Shown here: piece by piece, positions 29,778-39,417 of the stretch
How positions within the stretch are numbered: the first letter of the stretch is position 1
Layout of the letters: every line of letters starts with the position of its first letter
Origin: Actinomycetota bacterium
GTDB lineage: Bacteria > Actinomycetota > Geothermincolia > Geothermincolales > RBG-13-55-18
DNA length: 64,000 bases
Reading direction: 5' to 3'
Assembly: GCA_015711955.1 (NCBI GenBank)
Contig: MU158684.1
Span: 11,815 to 75,814, forward strand
Program-made: the position numbers and the translations under genes
The notes under the pieces: generated by a model
Databases searched by the model: none
What the model was told of the DNA's origin: nothing
What the model saw: the letters and a program-made list of their open reading frames with translations, nothing else

Positions 29778-30968
29778 ATGATGGAGGAATACAAGGATCT
29801 CGACTACGAAGAGGTCAGGGACCTCATAAGAAGGGGGAGGGGAAGAGGCATCCTCACCCAGGACGAGATTGCGGAGCAGTTGCAGGGCTTGGACCTTTCC
29901 CCGGAGCAGATGGAGAGCCTTTACAGCCTCCTGGAGGAGAACAACATAGAGGTGTTGGAGGATCCCACTTTGGACAGCCTCCGCGACCTGGAGGAGCAGG
30001 GGGAAGAGGTACGGGACGACCTGATCGACCAGGAACTGGAGCTGGCGGGCAAGGCGGCCACCAACGACCCAGTGCGCATGTACCTGAAGGAGATAGGCAA
30101 GGTCCCCCTGCTCACGGCCCAGGAAGAGGTGGAGCTGGCCAAGAAGATCGAGGAAGGGGAGGAGGCCTCCAAGATCCTGCGGGAGAAGGGCGACCAGCTG
30201 CCTCGGGAAAAGGTGAGGGAGCTGCGGCGCAAGGAGAAAGAAGGCCAGGAGGCAAAGCGCAAGCTGGTGGAGGCCAATCTCCGCCTCGTGGTCTCTATCG
30301 CCAAGCGTTACGTGGGCCGGGGGATGCTTTTCTTGGACCTCATCCAGGAGGGAAACCTGGGACTGATCCGGGCGGTGGAGAAGTTCGACTTCCGCAAGGG
30401 ATACAAGTTCTCCACCTACGCCACCTGGTGGATCCGGCAGGCCATCACCAGGGCCATCGCCGACCAGGCCAGGACCATCCGCATCCCCGTGCACATGGTG
30501 GAGACCATAAACAAGCTGGTTAGGGTCCAGAGGCAGCTCCTGCAAGAGCTGGGTCGGGAACCCACCCCGGAGGAGATCGCCGAGCAGATGGAGATGACGC
30601 CGGAGAAGGTGCGAGAGATCATCAAGATATCCCAGGAGCCCGTCTCCCTGGAGACGCCCATCGGGGAGGAGGAGGATTCCCACCTGGGGGATTTCATCGA
30701 GGACGCGGACGCGGTGGTTCCCCTGGACGCCGCCTCTTTCATCCTCCTCCAGGAGCAGCTGGAAGAGGTGCTCAACTCGCTGAGCGAGAGGGAGAGGGAG
30801 GTCATCAAGCTCCGTTTCGGGCTGGTGGACGGGCACCCCCGCACCCTGGAGGAGGTGGGCAAGGCCTTCGGGGTGACCCGGGAGCGGATAAGGCAGATCG
30901 AGTCCAAGACCCTGGCCAAGCTGAGGCATCCCAGCCGCTCTGCCAAACTCAGGGATTACCTGGACTGA
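29778..30968 (+). CDS. rpoD: RNA polymerase primary sigma factor
   Basis: [29 protein letters not shown]; [52 protein letters not shown]; [15 protein letters not shown]...[19 protein letters not shown]. Confidence 0.97.
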   Translation: MMEEYKDLDYEEVRDLIRRGRGRGILTQDEIAEQLQGLDLSPEQMESLYSLLEENNIEVLEDPTLDSLRDLEEQGEEVRDDLIDQELELAGKAATNDPVRMYLKEIGKVPLLTAQEEVELAKKIEEGEEASKILREKGDQLPREKVRELRRKEKEGQEAKRKLVEANLRLVVSIAKRYVGRGMLFLDLIQEGNLGLIRAVEKFDFRKGYKFSTYATWWIRQAITRAIADQARTIRIPVHMVETINKLVRVQRQLLQELGREPTPEEIAEQMEMTPEKVREIIKISQEPVSLETPIGEEEDSHLGDFIEDADAVVPLDAASFILLQEQLEEVLNSLSEREREVIKLRFGLVDGHPRTLEEVGKAFGVTRERIRQIESKTLAKLRHPSRSAKLRDYLD

Positions 30969-31000
30969 AAGGGGCGAAGCACCAAAAAAGCAGGGTTAGA

Positions 31001-31033
31001 GAAGGGGGGTTCGAGGCCAAACCCCTCTTTTTT
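31001..31033 (+). terminator. Probable terminator after rpoD
   Basis: GAAGGGGGGTT-CGAGGCC-AAACCCCTCTTTTTT. Confidence 0.6.
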
Positions 31034-31112
31034 GTGGATCATGGTTGAGGGCCGTAACGGGTTTAGGCAGGAATCGGATATGGTCGATTCCGATCGCGAG
31101 AGGAGTCGGGAG

Positions 31113-31652
31113 ATGGAATGTCCTGCGTGTGGACGTGAGGCGGGAGATGGCGCTTCCTTCTGCTCCCAATGCGGTGCGCCTCTGGAAAGAGGGAAGACCT
31201 CGGAATGTGGTCCCGGGGATATAGGTGAGTCCTCGGCCTCTCGGTCCCCGAACCGGGCAGTGCCCGCTCCTCCCCAGGCTCCTGGCGGTCCACAGTCGCA
31301 GGCTGCCACTTCCCTCTTTCCCCCGCCTGCCTCTTCGCAGCCCTTCTATCAGTGGCAGGCACCCGTTCCGGGGCCGCTGCCCTATCCCCAGACCCTGCCC
31401 CGCACCGACGGTATGTGCGTGGCCGCCATGATCCTGGGAATCTTGGGCTCGGTTTTATTGTGGGTCCCCGTCTTGGCTTGGATTTTAGGCCTGCTGGGCA
31501 TCGTCTTCGGAGCCCTCGGAATGAAGTCGGTCAGGGATGACCCGGCGGGCCGGAGCGGGTACGGGATGGGGCTGGCAGGACTCATACTGGGCATCTTGAG
31601 CTTGGTGGGCGGGGTGATCTTGTTCATTGTGGCGGTCTCGCTCACATCTTGA
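31113..31652 (+). CDS. Zinc-ribbon, proline-rich linker and DUF4190-like two-TM membrane protein
   Basis: MECPACGREAGDGASFCSQCGAPL, P/Q-rich spacer, AAMILGILGSVLLWVPVLAWILGLLGIVFGALG...GMGLAGLILGILSLVGG. Confidence 0.75.
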   Translation: MECPACGREAGDGASFCSQCGAPLERGKTSECGPGDIGESSASRSPNRAVPAPPQAPGGPQSQAATSLFPPPASSQPFYQWQAPVPGPLPYPQTLPRTDGMCVAAMILGILGSVLLWVPVLAWILGLLGIVFGALGMKSVRDDPAGRSGYGMGLAGLILGILSLVGGVILFIVAVSLTS

Positions 31653-31734
31653 GCTTCTCGCACTCATCCAACTGACAAGGTGAGTGGGAAAGAGCACTTT
31701 ACACAGCCTCGCGATAGCCTCGAGCCTCGTGTTT

Positions 31735-32670
31735 TCACCATCCTTCCAGAAATCCCCCCTCCCTCAGGTAGGCGTACGCGGATAGGGCGGCCTTGGCCCC
31801 CTCCCCGGCGGCGATGATGATCTGCTTCTCCTGGACGTCGGTGACGTCACCGGCTGCGAAGATGCCGGGTACGCTGGTGCGGTTGTTGGAGTCCACCATC
31901 ACCTCGCCTTTGTGGTTCAACTTCACTTCGGGGGGGAGGAAGTCAGTGCTGGGGATGCTCCCTATCTCCACGAAGACCCCCTCCACCGGAAGGCTCTGCG
32001 CCTTTCCGTCGACCTCGAAATCGATGGCCTTCACGAACCTGTCGCCCCGGATGGCGCGGATCTGGGCCCGGTAATAGACCTTGATCCGACCGTGCCCGAG
32101 GACGGCCTGGCGCCGTACCTCGTCCCCTCCCAACCTGTCCTCTATGGTCATGAGGTGTACCTCCGTGGCCAGTTCTCCCAGCTGGAGGGCGGCGTCCAGG
32201 GCGGAGTTCCCGCCCCCCACCACCGCCACCCGCTTGCCCCGGAACAAGGGAGCGTCGCAGGTGGCGCAGTAGGCCACGCCCCTTCCCCGGAACTCCCTCT
32301 CGCCCGGGACCCCCAGCGGCCTGGGGACCTTTCCGGTGGCCACTATCACGGCCGGTGCCAGGTGTTCCCCCATCGAGTGGGCCACGCCGATGAGCTGTTC
32401 CGATCTCCTTACGGAAGTCACCCGGGATCCTTCCAGGAGATCCACGTCGAAGGTCTCCAGATGGGCCCGGAACCTCTCCACCAGTTCCGCCCCGGTGATC
32501 AGCTGGTAGCCCAGGTAGTTCTCCACCTCCCAGGACCAGGCGGCCTGTCCTCCTACGTTCTCCGAGATGACCAGGGTGCGCAGCATCTTCCTGGCGCAGT
32601 ATACGCCCGCCGATAGGCCAGCGGGTCCGGCGCCTATGATAATCACGTCCGCGTGGGGCTGTTTTTCCAT
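31735..32670 (-). CDS. trxB: Thioredoxin reductase
   Basis: DVIIIGAGPAGLSAGVYCARK; RGVAYCATCDAPLFRGKRVAVVGGGNSALDAAL; VFVEIGSIPST; GIFAAGDVTDVQEKQIIIAAGEGAKAALSAYAYL. Confidence 0.95.
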   Translation of the reverse strand: MEKQPHADVIIIGAGPAGLSAGVYCARKMLRTLVISENVGGQAAWSWEVENYLGYQLITGAELVERFRAHLETFDVDLLEGSRVTSVRRSEQLIGVAHSMGEHLAPAVIVATGKVPRPLGVPGEREFRGRGVAYCATCDAPLFRGKRVAVVGGGNSALDAALQLGELATEVHLMTIEDRLGGDEVRRQAVLGHGRIKVYYRAQIRAIRGDRFVKAIDFEVDGKAQSLPVEGVFVEIGSIPSTDFLPPEVKLNHKGEVMVDSNNRTSVPGIFAAGDVTDVQEKQIIIAAGEGAKAALSAYAYLREGGFLEGW

Positions 32671-32724
32671 TTTGCAGCTTGGTACGGCCCTTGATCCACG
32701 CCCGCCAGCAGCGCAGGGTCTAGA

Positions 32725-34614
32725 TCACTGATCCCCCCGCCACTGCTCAGCCGCCGCCGGGGTCTCCAAGTCCCGTTTTTCTTCCCTCAGGGAGGCAAGG
32801 AGACGGCGGAACTCCTCTCCCTCCAGCGTCTCCTTTTCCAAGAGTACCTCGGTGATCCTCTCCAAAGCGTCCCGGTTCTCCTGGAGCAACTTCTTCACCC
32901 GCTCGTAGTTCTCCAGGACGATCCTTTTGACCTCGGCGTCCACCAGCTGGGCAGTGGCCTCGCTGTAGTTGGCCTCCTTGCCGTAGGAGTACTCGCCCAT
33001 GAGCAGCCTTGCCGCCCTCTCCCAGCCCAGGGAGAGAGGTCCCACCCGATCGCTCATCCCGTAGTCCTCCACCATTTTGCGGGCCAGGATGGTGGCCTTC
33101 TCCAGGTCGTTCTGGGCCCCGGTGGACACCTCCCCGAAAAAGACCTCCTCGGCGGCCCTCCCTCCCAATAGGACCGCCAGTCGGTCCTCCAGCTCCCTCC
33201 TGGTCAGGATGTAGCGGTCCTCCTCCGGTAACTGCATGGTCATGCCCAGGGAGCCGATACCGCGCGGGATTACGGTGATCCGGTGCACCGGGTCCGCGTT
33301 CTCCAGCAGGGAGGCGGTCAGGGCGTGGCCCACCTCGTGCACCGCCACCACCCGCCTCTCCTTTTCGCTCATAACCCGGCTCTTGAGCTCCAGGCCGCCG
33401 ATGACCCGGTCGATGGCTTGCTCGAAGTCCTCCATGTCCACTCGACTCTTCCCCTTGCGGGCGGCCAGCAGGGCGGCTTCGTTGACCACGTTGGCCAGTT
33501 CCGCCCCAGCGAAACCGGGAGTGCGGGCGGCGATGACCTTGAGGTCCACGTCAGGAGCCAGTTTCACCCGTCGGGCGTGCACTTTGAGGATCTCCTCCCG
33601 GCCCTTGATGTCCGGCCGGTCTATCATTATCTGCCGGTCGAAGCGTCCCGGGCGCAGGATGGCCTTGTCCAGCACTTCGGGGCGGTTGGTGGCGGCCAAG
33701 ATGATCACCCCCGTCTGGGGGTCGAATCCGTCCATCTCCGAGAGCAGCTGGTTTAGGGTCTGTTCCCTTTCCTCCACACCTCCGCTGGCGATGATGCCCC
33801 CTCGCACCTTGGCTATGGTGTCTATCTCGTCGATGAAGACTATGCAGGGCGCCTTGGCCTTGGCCTGTTCGAATAGGTCGCGCACCCTGGCCGCTCCCAC
33901 CCCCACGAACATCTCCATGAACTGGGACCCGCTGATGGAAAAGAAAGGCACGTCCGCTTCCCCCGCGACCGCTCGGGCGAGCAGGGTCTTCCCGGTGCCG
34001 GGTGGCCCCACCAGCAGCACCCCTTTGGGTATGCGTGCCCCGATCTTCCTGTATTTGTCGGGATGGCGGAGGAAATCGATGATTTCCTTTAGCTCCTCTT
34101 TGGCCTCGTCCAGACCGGCGACGTCGTCGAACGTGACCCGGTCCTTGCTGCGGTCATAGATCTTCACTTTGGACTGCCCGAAGGATAGGGGGCTGCTGCC
34201 GCCGACCCTACGGGAAAGCCTGCGGAATATGAGGAGCCAAACCAGGACCAGTATGCCGATGGGTATCAACCATGAGTAGAGTAGATCCCGCCAGAAGGTG
34301 TTCTCCACCTTGCCGGAGAACTGCACTCCCTTTTCTTCCATCTTTTGGATGAGGCCCTCGATGTCAGAGTTGGGGATGCGGGTGGTGACGAAGTTCCTCT
34401 CGGTGCCGTCGTCCCCCGTTCGCATCACCCCCTCTATCCTGCTTTCGGTGATGACGGCTTTCACCACCTCGCCGGCCTCCAGGCGGGCGAGAAAGTCGCT
34501 GTAGCTGATCTCCGCGGGGCGGAAAGGATGGGCCAGTTGCAGGGAGAGTAGAAAGGCCACGGCGATGGCCCCGTAGACCAGATAGAGCAGGGTTTTCCTT
34601 CTCTTTTCGTCCAT
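32725..34614 (-). CDS. ftsH: ATP-dependent zinc metalloprotease FtsH
   Basis: [33 protein letters not shown]-type Walker B, HEVGHAL zinc motif. Confidence 0.96.
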   Translation of the reverse strand: MDEKRRKTLLYLVYGAIAVAFLLSLQLAHPFRPAEISYSDFLARLEAGEVVKAVITESRIEGVMRTGDDGTERNFVTTRIPNSDIEGLIQKMEEKGVQFSGKVENTFWRDLLYSWLIPIGILVLVWLLIFRRLSRRVGGSSPLSFGQSKVKIYDRSKDRVTFDDVAGLDEAKEELKEIIDFLRHPDKYRKIGARIPKGVLLVGPPGTGKTLLARAVAGEADVPFFSISGSQFMEMFVGVGAARVRDLFEQAKAKAPCIVFIDEIDTIAKVRGGIIASGGVEEREQTLNQLLSEMDGFDPQTGVIILAATNRPEVLDKAILRPGRFDRQIMIDRPDIKGREEILKVHARRVKLAPDVDLKVIAARTPGFAGAELANVVNEAALLAARKGKSRVDMEDFEQAIDRVIGGLELKSRVMSEKERRVVAVHEVGHALTASLLENADPVHRITVIPRGIGSLGMTMQLPEEDRYILTRRELEDRLAVLLGGRAAEEVFFGEVSTGAQNDLEKATILARKMVEDYGMSDRVGPLSLGWERAARLLMGEYSYGKEANYSEATAQLVDAEVKRIVLENYERVKKLLQENRDALERITEVLLEKETLEGEEFRRLLASLREEKRDLETPAAAEQWRGDQ

Positions 34615-35058
34615 AAGGCTATTATAGCGGTGCCAGAGGTGGGAGGCTTGACCTATGTCGAGCCGGGGGGTTCCTTTCGTAACCTCGCGGGAACCTCATC
34701 CCATTTTTAAAGGTTAACCCATAGCCTGGACGGGACCGGCGGGGTCCGGAAGGGGCTTTGTCTTCGAGGCTCCACCGTTCTTAGCCCCACGGAGATGGGA
34801 ACATATCTCGGCCTGGGTCCACGCTGCGGAGGGATAAGCCAAGGCCGAGCCGATCGTCAGGGCGATGAGGCCCGGCAAAAAGCCCATGCCATGCGCCCGC
34901 CGAGCGTGACCATGATAAGATGTATTTCCATCCTCCTAAACCCCCGTTTCCTAGCTGGCTGGCAAGCCTGTGCGTTTACTGACCTCCTGAAAAAACGCGA
35001 TGAGATGGCGGCCTTCGCCACTGTTGCCGTAAAGCTCCCGGCTCTTCTCGAGAAGGGT

Positions 35059-35170
35059 CCCCTGCCAGGGGCTTTGAACGCGCGTTCCGGGTTTATCCTT
35101 CGGGCCGGGAATTTTTTACCTACACCTCGTCCCCTCCCAGAGGCCTTGAACGTGCGTTTCGGGTTTATCC
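35059..35170. repeat. Pair of imperfect 40-bp direct repeats (35059-35098 and 35131-35170)
   Basis: CCCCTGCCAGGGGCTTTGAACGCGCGTTCCGGGTTTATCC / CCCCTCCCAGAGGCCTTGAACGTGCGTTTCGGGTTTATCC: 35 of 40 positions match, 72-bp offset. Confidence 0.85.
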
Positions 35171-35271
35171 GCATGCCTTACCGGGAATATCTAAATAGGC
35201 GTATCCCGAGGGCGTGGCTCACGAGGTCCTTGGACTCAAGGCTGGGACGCGAGCGAGGAAAGGAGGTAAGT

Positions 35272-35553
35272 ATGCTCTCGCAAATTCCCTTCGAATTGAG
35301 CAAGCTCAGCGGCGATGACCTGGATCGGGAGATCTTGCGCGTGGCCATCATAGCCGAGCTGGACGCCATAAACCTCTACGAGCAGCTAGCCTCCATGACC
35401 GATAACAAGCTGATGAAGAAGGTTTTCCTGGACGTGGCGCGCGAGGAGAAGACCCACGTGGGCGAGTTCCAGGCCCTTCTTTTGATGCGGGACGAGGAAC
35501 AGGTCAAGGAGCTCGAGGAAGGCAAGGAAGAAGTGGAAGAGCTCAAAGACTGA
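35272..35553 (+). CDS. Ferritin-like (encapsulin-associated type) small diiron protein
   Basis: [93 protein letters not shown]; AAAGGAGGTAAGT SD before ATG 35272; the upstream part of ORF 34795 is not supported. Confidence 0.85.
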   Translation: MLSQIPFELSKLSGDDLDREILRVAIIAELDAINLYEQLASMTDNKLMKKVFLDVAREEKTHVGEFQALLLMRDEEQVKELEEGKEEVEELKD

Positions 35554-35668
35554 GACCGATACGCGTCGAGAAGAGCGGAATGGATTGAATAACCGCGTCC
35601 GATTCGAGCAAGGGGCACAACAGGCGTTCAGAAATGACCAGTTTCCACGGCGAGGAGGAGGTGATGGA

Positions 35669-36400
35669 ATGGGTGCTCAGGGAAAGCCCGAGGACAAATG
35701 CGTCACTCCGGCCAAAGGGCCGATATTGCCTGAGGAGTCCGATGCTCTCGCGTCGGATGCCGCCCGAAAGATCGGCGCTGAGGAGGTGGGCATGAAAGTG
35801 TTGGCCAAGGTGGGAGGAAAGGCACCGGACTTCGAGGCCAGTGCCTACTTGGACGGGGGCTTCAGGAACATAAGGCTTTCCGATTACCGGGGAAAGTGGG
35901 TGGTCCTCTGTTTTTACCCCGGTGATTTCACCTTCGTATGACCGACCGAGCTGGCGGCGGTCGCCGCCAGGTATGGGGAGCTGAAAGAGCTCGGGGTGGA
36001 GGTGCTGGCCATCAGTGTGGACAGCCGCTTCAGTCACAAGATCTGGCAGGAAGTGGAGCTTTCCAAGATGGTGGAGGGAGGGGTGCCCTTCCCCCTGCTG
36101 AGCGACCCGGGAGGAAAGATAGGGCAGGTCTACGGGGTATACGACGAGGAATCCGGCGTCAACATCCGCGGGAGGTTCCTCATCGACCCCGAGGGCGTCA
36201 TCCAGGCCATGGAGGTGCTCACTCCTCCAGTGGGCCGCAACGTGAGCGAGCTCATCCGGCAGGTGAAGGCCTACCAGCACGTGGCGGCCACTGGCGAGGT
36301 GACCCCCTCCGGATGGCAGCCTGGTAAGCCCACCCTGAAGCCTGGCCCCGATCTGGTGGGCAGGGTCTGGGAGGTCTGGAAGCCGGAGTACGCCTCCTGA
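35669..36400 (+). CDS. Selenocysteine-containing peroxiredoxin (AhpC/Prx family), in-frame TGA at 35939-35941
   Basis: ORFs 35585..35941 and 35996..36400 share a frame and are joined by open codons: [42 protein letters not shown][TGA][38 protein letters not shown] replaces the catalytic Cys of the (T)xVCPTE motif. AGGAGGTGAT SD before ATG 35669; alternative start 35792. Confidence 0.88.
35951..35970 (+). promoter_or_regulatory. Candidate bacterial SECIS apical hairpin
   Basis: CTGGCGGC-GGTC-GCCGCCAG: perfect 8-bp stem with GGUC loop beginning 18 nt after the UGA. Confidence 0.8.
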
Positions 36401-36431
36401 AATAGGACAACGGGACAAGGGAATCTCCGAG

Positions 36432-36463
36432 AACCGGGAACCGCTGGTTCCCGGTTTATTATT
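36432..36463 (+). terminator. Rho-independent terminator downstream of peroxiredoxin
   Basis: AACCGGGAACC-GCT-GGTTCCCGGTT perfect 11-bp stem followed by TATTATT. Confidence 0.75.
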
Positions 36464-36769
36464 CGGCCACCCCTCGACCTGCCGGGATGTTGATGGACCT
36501 TACCTGCGGAACCACCTTATTTGGCTCGGGACGGGGATTAGGCGAGGGCTTGGGACGTCTGGGGGTGCCAGGCAAACGGGAAGCGATAGAAAGCAACCCT
36601 GTTTTTTGACGAGCCAAGAGGAAGGCCCCTTTCTCGGGGCCTTCCTCGGACCTTCCGTGATCTTCCATCCCCCTGGTTGCCGCGTCCCCACTCCGCAGCG
36701 GCAAGGCCGTTCTGGCCCTGCGTCAAGGAAGGTGCGGCACCAAGATGGGGCGACTTCGCCCAATGGTGT

Positions 36770-37147
36770 TCAGGATGACTTCCACAATCCATGCAGGTTG
36801 CAGTACTCCCGGGCGGTTATCCCGTCGGTGGGTACGGTGAAGTCGCCTCGGGGGTCGATGCCTGGTTTGAGGAAGATACGGTAGCTCTTGTCCCCGGCGA
36901 TGATCTGGACCCACTCTATGTAGTGTTCCTCGGTCATGGGATGGGCCACCTCGCCCACTTTGACCATGACCCCCTCGGGGGTGACTTCCACCACCGGGAC
37001 GTGTTTCTCCACCGCCGCGTCCACGGTGTTCTCCACCTGGAGCGCCATGGGCTCTCCGCAGCAAACCAGCTCTCCCTGGCCTTCGTGGAGCACTTCCACT
37101 ATGTTTCCACATACCTCGCACTTGTAGATCTGGAGCCTCTCGGTCAT
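36770..37147 (-). CDS. dfx: Desulfoferrodoxin (superoxide reductase)
   Basis: IYKCEVCGNIVEVLHEGQGELVCCGEPM ... EKHVPVVE ... VGEVAHPMTEEHYIEWV ... REYCNLHGLWKS. Confidence 0.95.
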   Translation of the reverse strand: MTERLQIYKCEVCGNIVEVLHEGQGELVCCGEPMALQVENTVDAAVEKHVPVVEVTPEGVMVKVGEVAHPMTEEHYIEWVQIIAGDKSYRIFLKPGIDPRGDFTVPTDGITAREYCNLHGLWKSS

Positions 37148-37166
37148 CTCACCTTCCCCCTCGTCA

Positions 37167-37676
37167 CTAGAACTCCACGAACTTATCCTTGGACGCCCCG
37201 CAAATGGGGCACTTCTCCGGCGCTTCTCCTTCCCGTGTATGTCCGCAGACGCTGCAAATCTGTATCTTGCCGATGGAGATGTCGGACCCTCTTTCCACCG
37301 CCTCCTTGGCCTTCTTGTACCAGTCGGCGTGGATCTTCTCGGCCTCCAAGGCGTAATGGGTGCTTCTCACCGCGTCCTTTTCGTCCTGGAACTTGGCCGC
37401 CTCGTGGAAGACGGGATACATCTCCTCTATCTCGTAGGTCTCGCCCTCGATGCAGCTCTGGATGTTGTCCGCAGAGGATCGGATACCGCCCAGCACTTCG
37501 AGATGGTTTCCCGCGTGGACCAGCTCCGCGTAGGCGATGGCCCGGAACATGCGGGCAAGTTCCCTGAGACCTTCCTCATCGGCCTTGCGGGCGAAGTGCA
37601 TATATTTCATGTGGGCCATGCTCTCACCGGCGAAGGCCTCGTTGAGGAATTTCTCCGTCATCTTCCTCATGCTCAT
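37167..37676 (-). CDS. rbr: Rubrerythrin
   Basis: Ferritin-like diiron domain plus C-terminal rubredoxin-like [27 protein letters not shown]. Confidence 0.95.
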   Translation of the reverse strand: MSMRKMTEKFLNEAFAGESMAHMKYMHFARKADEEGLRELARMFRAIAYAELVHAGNHLEVLGGIRSSADNIQSCIEGETYEIEEMYPVFHEAAKFQDEKDAVRSTHYALEAEKIHADWYKKAKEAVERGSDISIGKIQICSVCGHTREGEAPEKCPICGASKDKFVEF

Positions 37677-37839
37677 CCCTCCTTGTCCACAGTCCCAATC
37701 TGATCTCGTCCTTTACACGATCATAGGAAATATTTCCGTCTTCCCGTCTCAATAAACCGGGCGTGTGATGGGTGAGGTTGATCTATGTCATGGCAGATGG
37801 TGAGGAACTCGAGCGCCACGGTATTGCCCGCAAGGACGT

Positions 37840-38472
37840 TCAGCCCACCCGTTTTCCCAACAGGGCCCTGACCGGAGAGGCCTCCGCTCCCACAAGCCTG
37901 AGCGGCAGACATAGGAGTAGGTATTTCCCCGGTGTCACCCCTCTCAAGTCGAGGCCCTCCAGGATCCATATACCGGCCTCGGCGAGGATCCTGTGAACTT
38001 CCCCGTCCCCGTCCCAGGGTTCCACCGACAGGTAGTCGATGCCCACCAAGGCAATGCTACGGTCGGCAAGGAAGCGAGCAGCTTCGCAGGTGAGCGCGAC
38101 ATAGTCCTGGCGGAATTCCTCGGTTTCATAAAAACGGGAATTCATCGTCTTGAAGAGGATCCTATCCCCCTCGGACGGATCTACGCGACGAATGTCCTCC
38201 AACCCGATATGGTCACGGCCCATGTACTCCACCACTCTGGCCGAACCCAGGACGGCCTGTGGGGGAAGGTCATCAACCGATCTCCCCCCCGGCAGGCAGT
38301 GGAGGGGAGCGTCCATGTGGGTGCCGCAATGGAGGCTCATGGAAACCGAGGAGACCCTGTAATTCCCCTCCTGGCACGTCCTTACGGTGAGGCGGAAGGG
38401 CTCGTCCCCCGGCCATAGGGGAAGCCCCCCTGAAAGGGGCAGGCTCACGTCAATCCACCGATATCCCTCCAT
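37840..38472 (-). CDS. Cyclase family protein (arylformamidase/metal-dependent hydrolase-like)
   Basis: RVSSVSMSLHCGTHMDAPLHCLPGGRSVDDLP ... GIDYLSVEPW. Confidence 0.85.
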   Translation of the reverse strand: MEGYRWIDVSLPLSGGLPLWPGDEPFRLTVRTCQEGNYRVSSVSMSLHCGTHMDAPLHCLPGGRSVDDLPPQAVLGSARVVEYMGRDHIGLEDIRRVDPSEGDRILFKTMNSRFYETEEFRQDYVALTCEAARFLADRSIALVGIDYLSVEPWDGDGEVHRILAEAGIWILEGLDLRGVTPGKYLLLCLPLRLVGAEASPVRALLGKRVG

Positions 38473-38533
38473 CGATATCGTCCTCCCCTCCTTGGAGCGC
38501 TGGGAACGAACGACGGGTGGCCCTCCTCACAGT

Positions 38534-39367
38534 TCAGCTGACGTCCACCGCTCGGGAAAGGCTCCTGATGACCCCCGCGATGGATGCCTCGTCTGGGAGG
38601 CGGATCTCCAGGGCGCCTTTTGGGCAATCGTAGACGCAAATTCCGCATCCTCGGCAGGCCTCGCTTATCTGTGCCCTGCCCTCCCCGACTCGGATGGCCC
38701 CGAACATGCATCGGTAGACACAAAGTCCGCACCCGTCGCATTCGTCGTTCCTCCTCACCTCCACGCCGGGCAGGCGGTGCAGCTTCCCGGATATCGAAGG
38801 GGATGCGAAAGGGGCGATCTTCCAAAGGCAGCAGCAAGGGCAGCAGAAACACATGGTCATGAGCCTGCTTCCCGGGCCGGTACCAAGCCACAAGGTGTCC
38901 AGCTTGTTTTTGCCCACCAACTGCACCAACCCCGCCTTTTTCGCCCATGCCAGGTGCTCGAGGGCCTCCTCCTTCGTGGCCGGGTGCCCCAGCTTGGGGT
39001 TTATGCCTCGGGCTCCCTCGCCCAAGAACAGGCACCCTATCTCGGATGGATAAACTGTGCAGCCCTCCGCCTCTCGACATACGCATGAGTTCATGATGAA
39101 CCGGTAACTGGACTTGTTCACGAAGTACTCGGCGATCCAAGCGGGAAGGACGGCAGCGCCTGACTGGGCGATGTCCTCGCCCACCTCCACCACGTTTCCT
39201 CGGGGGAGGTAACCTCGGGGGAGGTAATAGAGCTCGTCGCCCTCGAACATCAGGCGCTCCACCACCGCGCCCAGCACCGGATGTCGGGTTAGGGCGGCCA
39301 AGCGGAGCCTTTGGGGGAATAACTTTTTGATTATCTCCACCAAGATGAGCGGGGTAGCCAAGCACAC
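38534..39367 (-). CDS. 4Fe-4S ferredoxin-type protein (two C-terminal clusters) with an N-terminal cysteine-containing domain
   Basis: NDECDGCGLCVYRCMFGAIRVGEGRAQISEACRGCGICVYDCPKGALEI; MNSCVCREAEGC; MTMCFCCPCCCLW. Start near GTG 39367 tentative. Confidence 0.75.
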   Translation of the reverse strand: MCLATPLILVEIIKKLFPQRLRLAALTRHPVLGAVVERLMFEGDELYYLPRGYLPRGNVVEVGEDIAQSGAAVLPAWIAEYFVNKSSYRFIMNSCVCREAEGCTVYPSEIGCLFLGEGARGINPKLGHPATKEEALEHLAWAKKAGLVQLVGKNKLDTLWLGTGPGSRLMTMCFCCPCCCLWKIAPFASPSISGKLHRLPGVEVRRNDECDGCGLCVYRCMFGAIRVGEGRAQISEACRGCGICVYDCPKGALEIRLPDEASIAGVIRSLSRAVDVS

Positions 39368-39417
39368 CCTCCCTTGCTGCCTCAACAAGATCGCCCTCAG
39401 GCCGGGATTTGTCGTAC

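Noticed and set aside
34795-35271. Upstream extension of the ferritin-like ORF, containing a repeated peptide
   Set aside because: The repeat is at DNA level in an intergenic region; a strong SD and an ATG at 35272 define the real start.
38445-39365. 306-aa minus-strand ORF
   Set aside because: Alternate frame of the 4Fe-4S protein; Gly/Arg-rich with no motifs.
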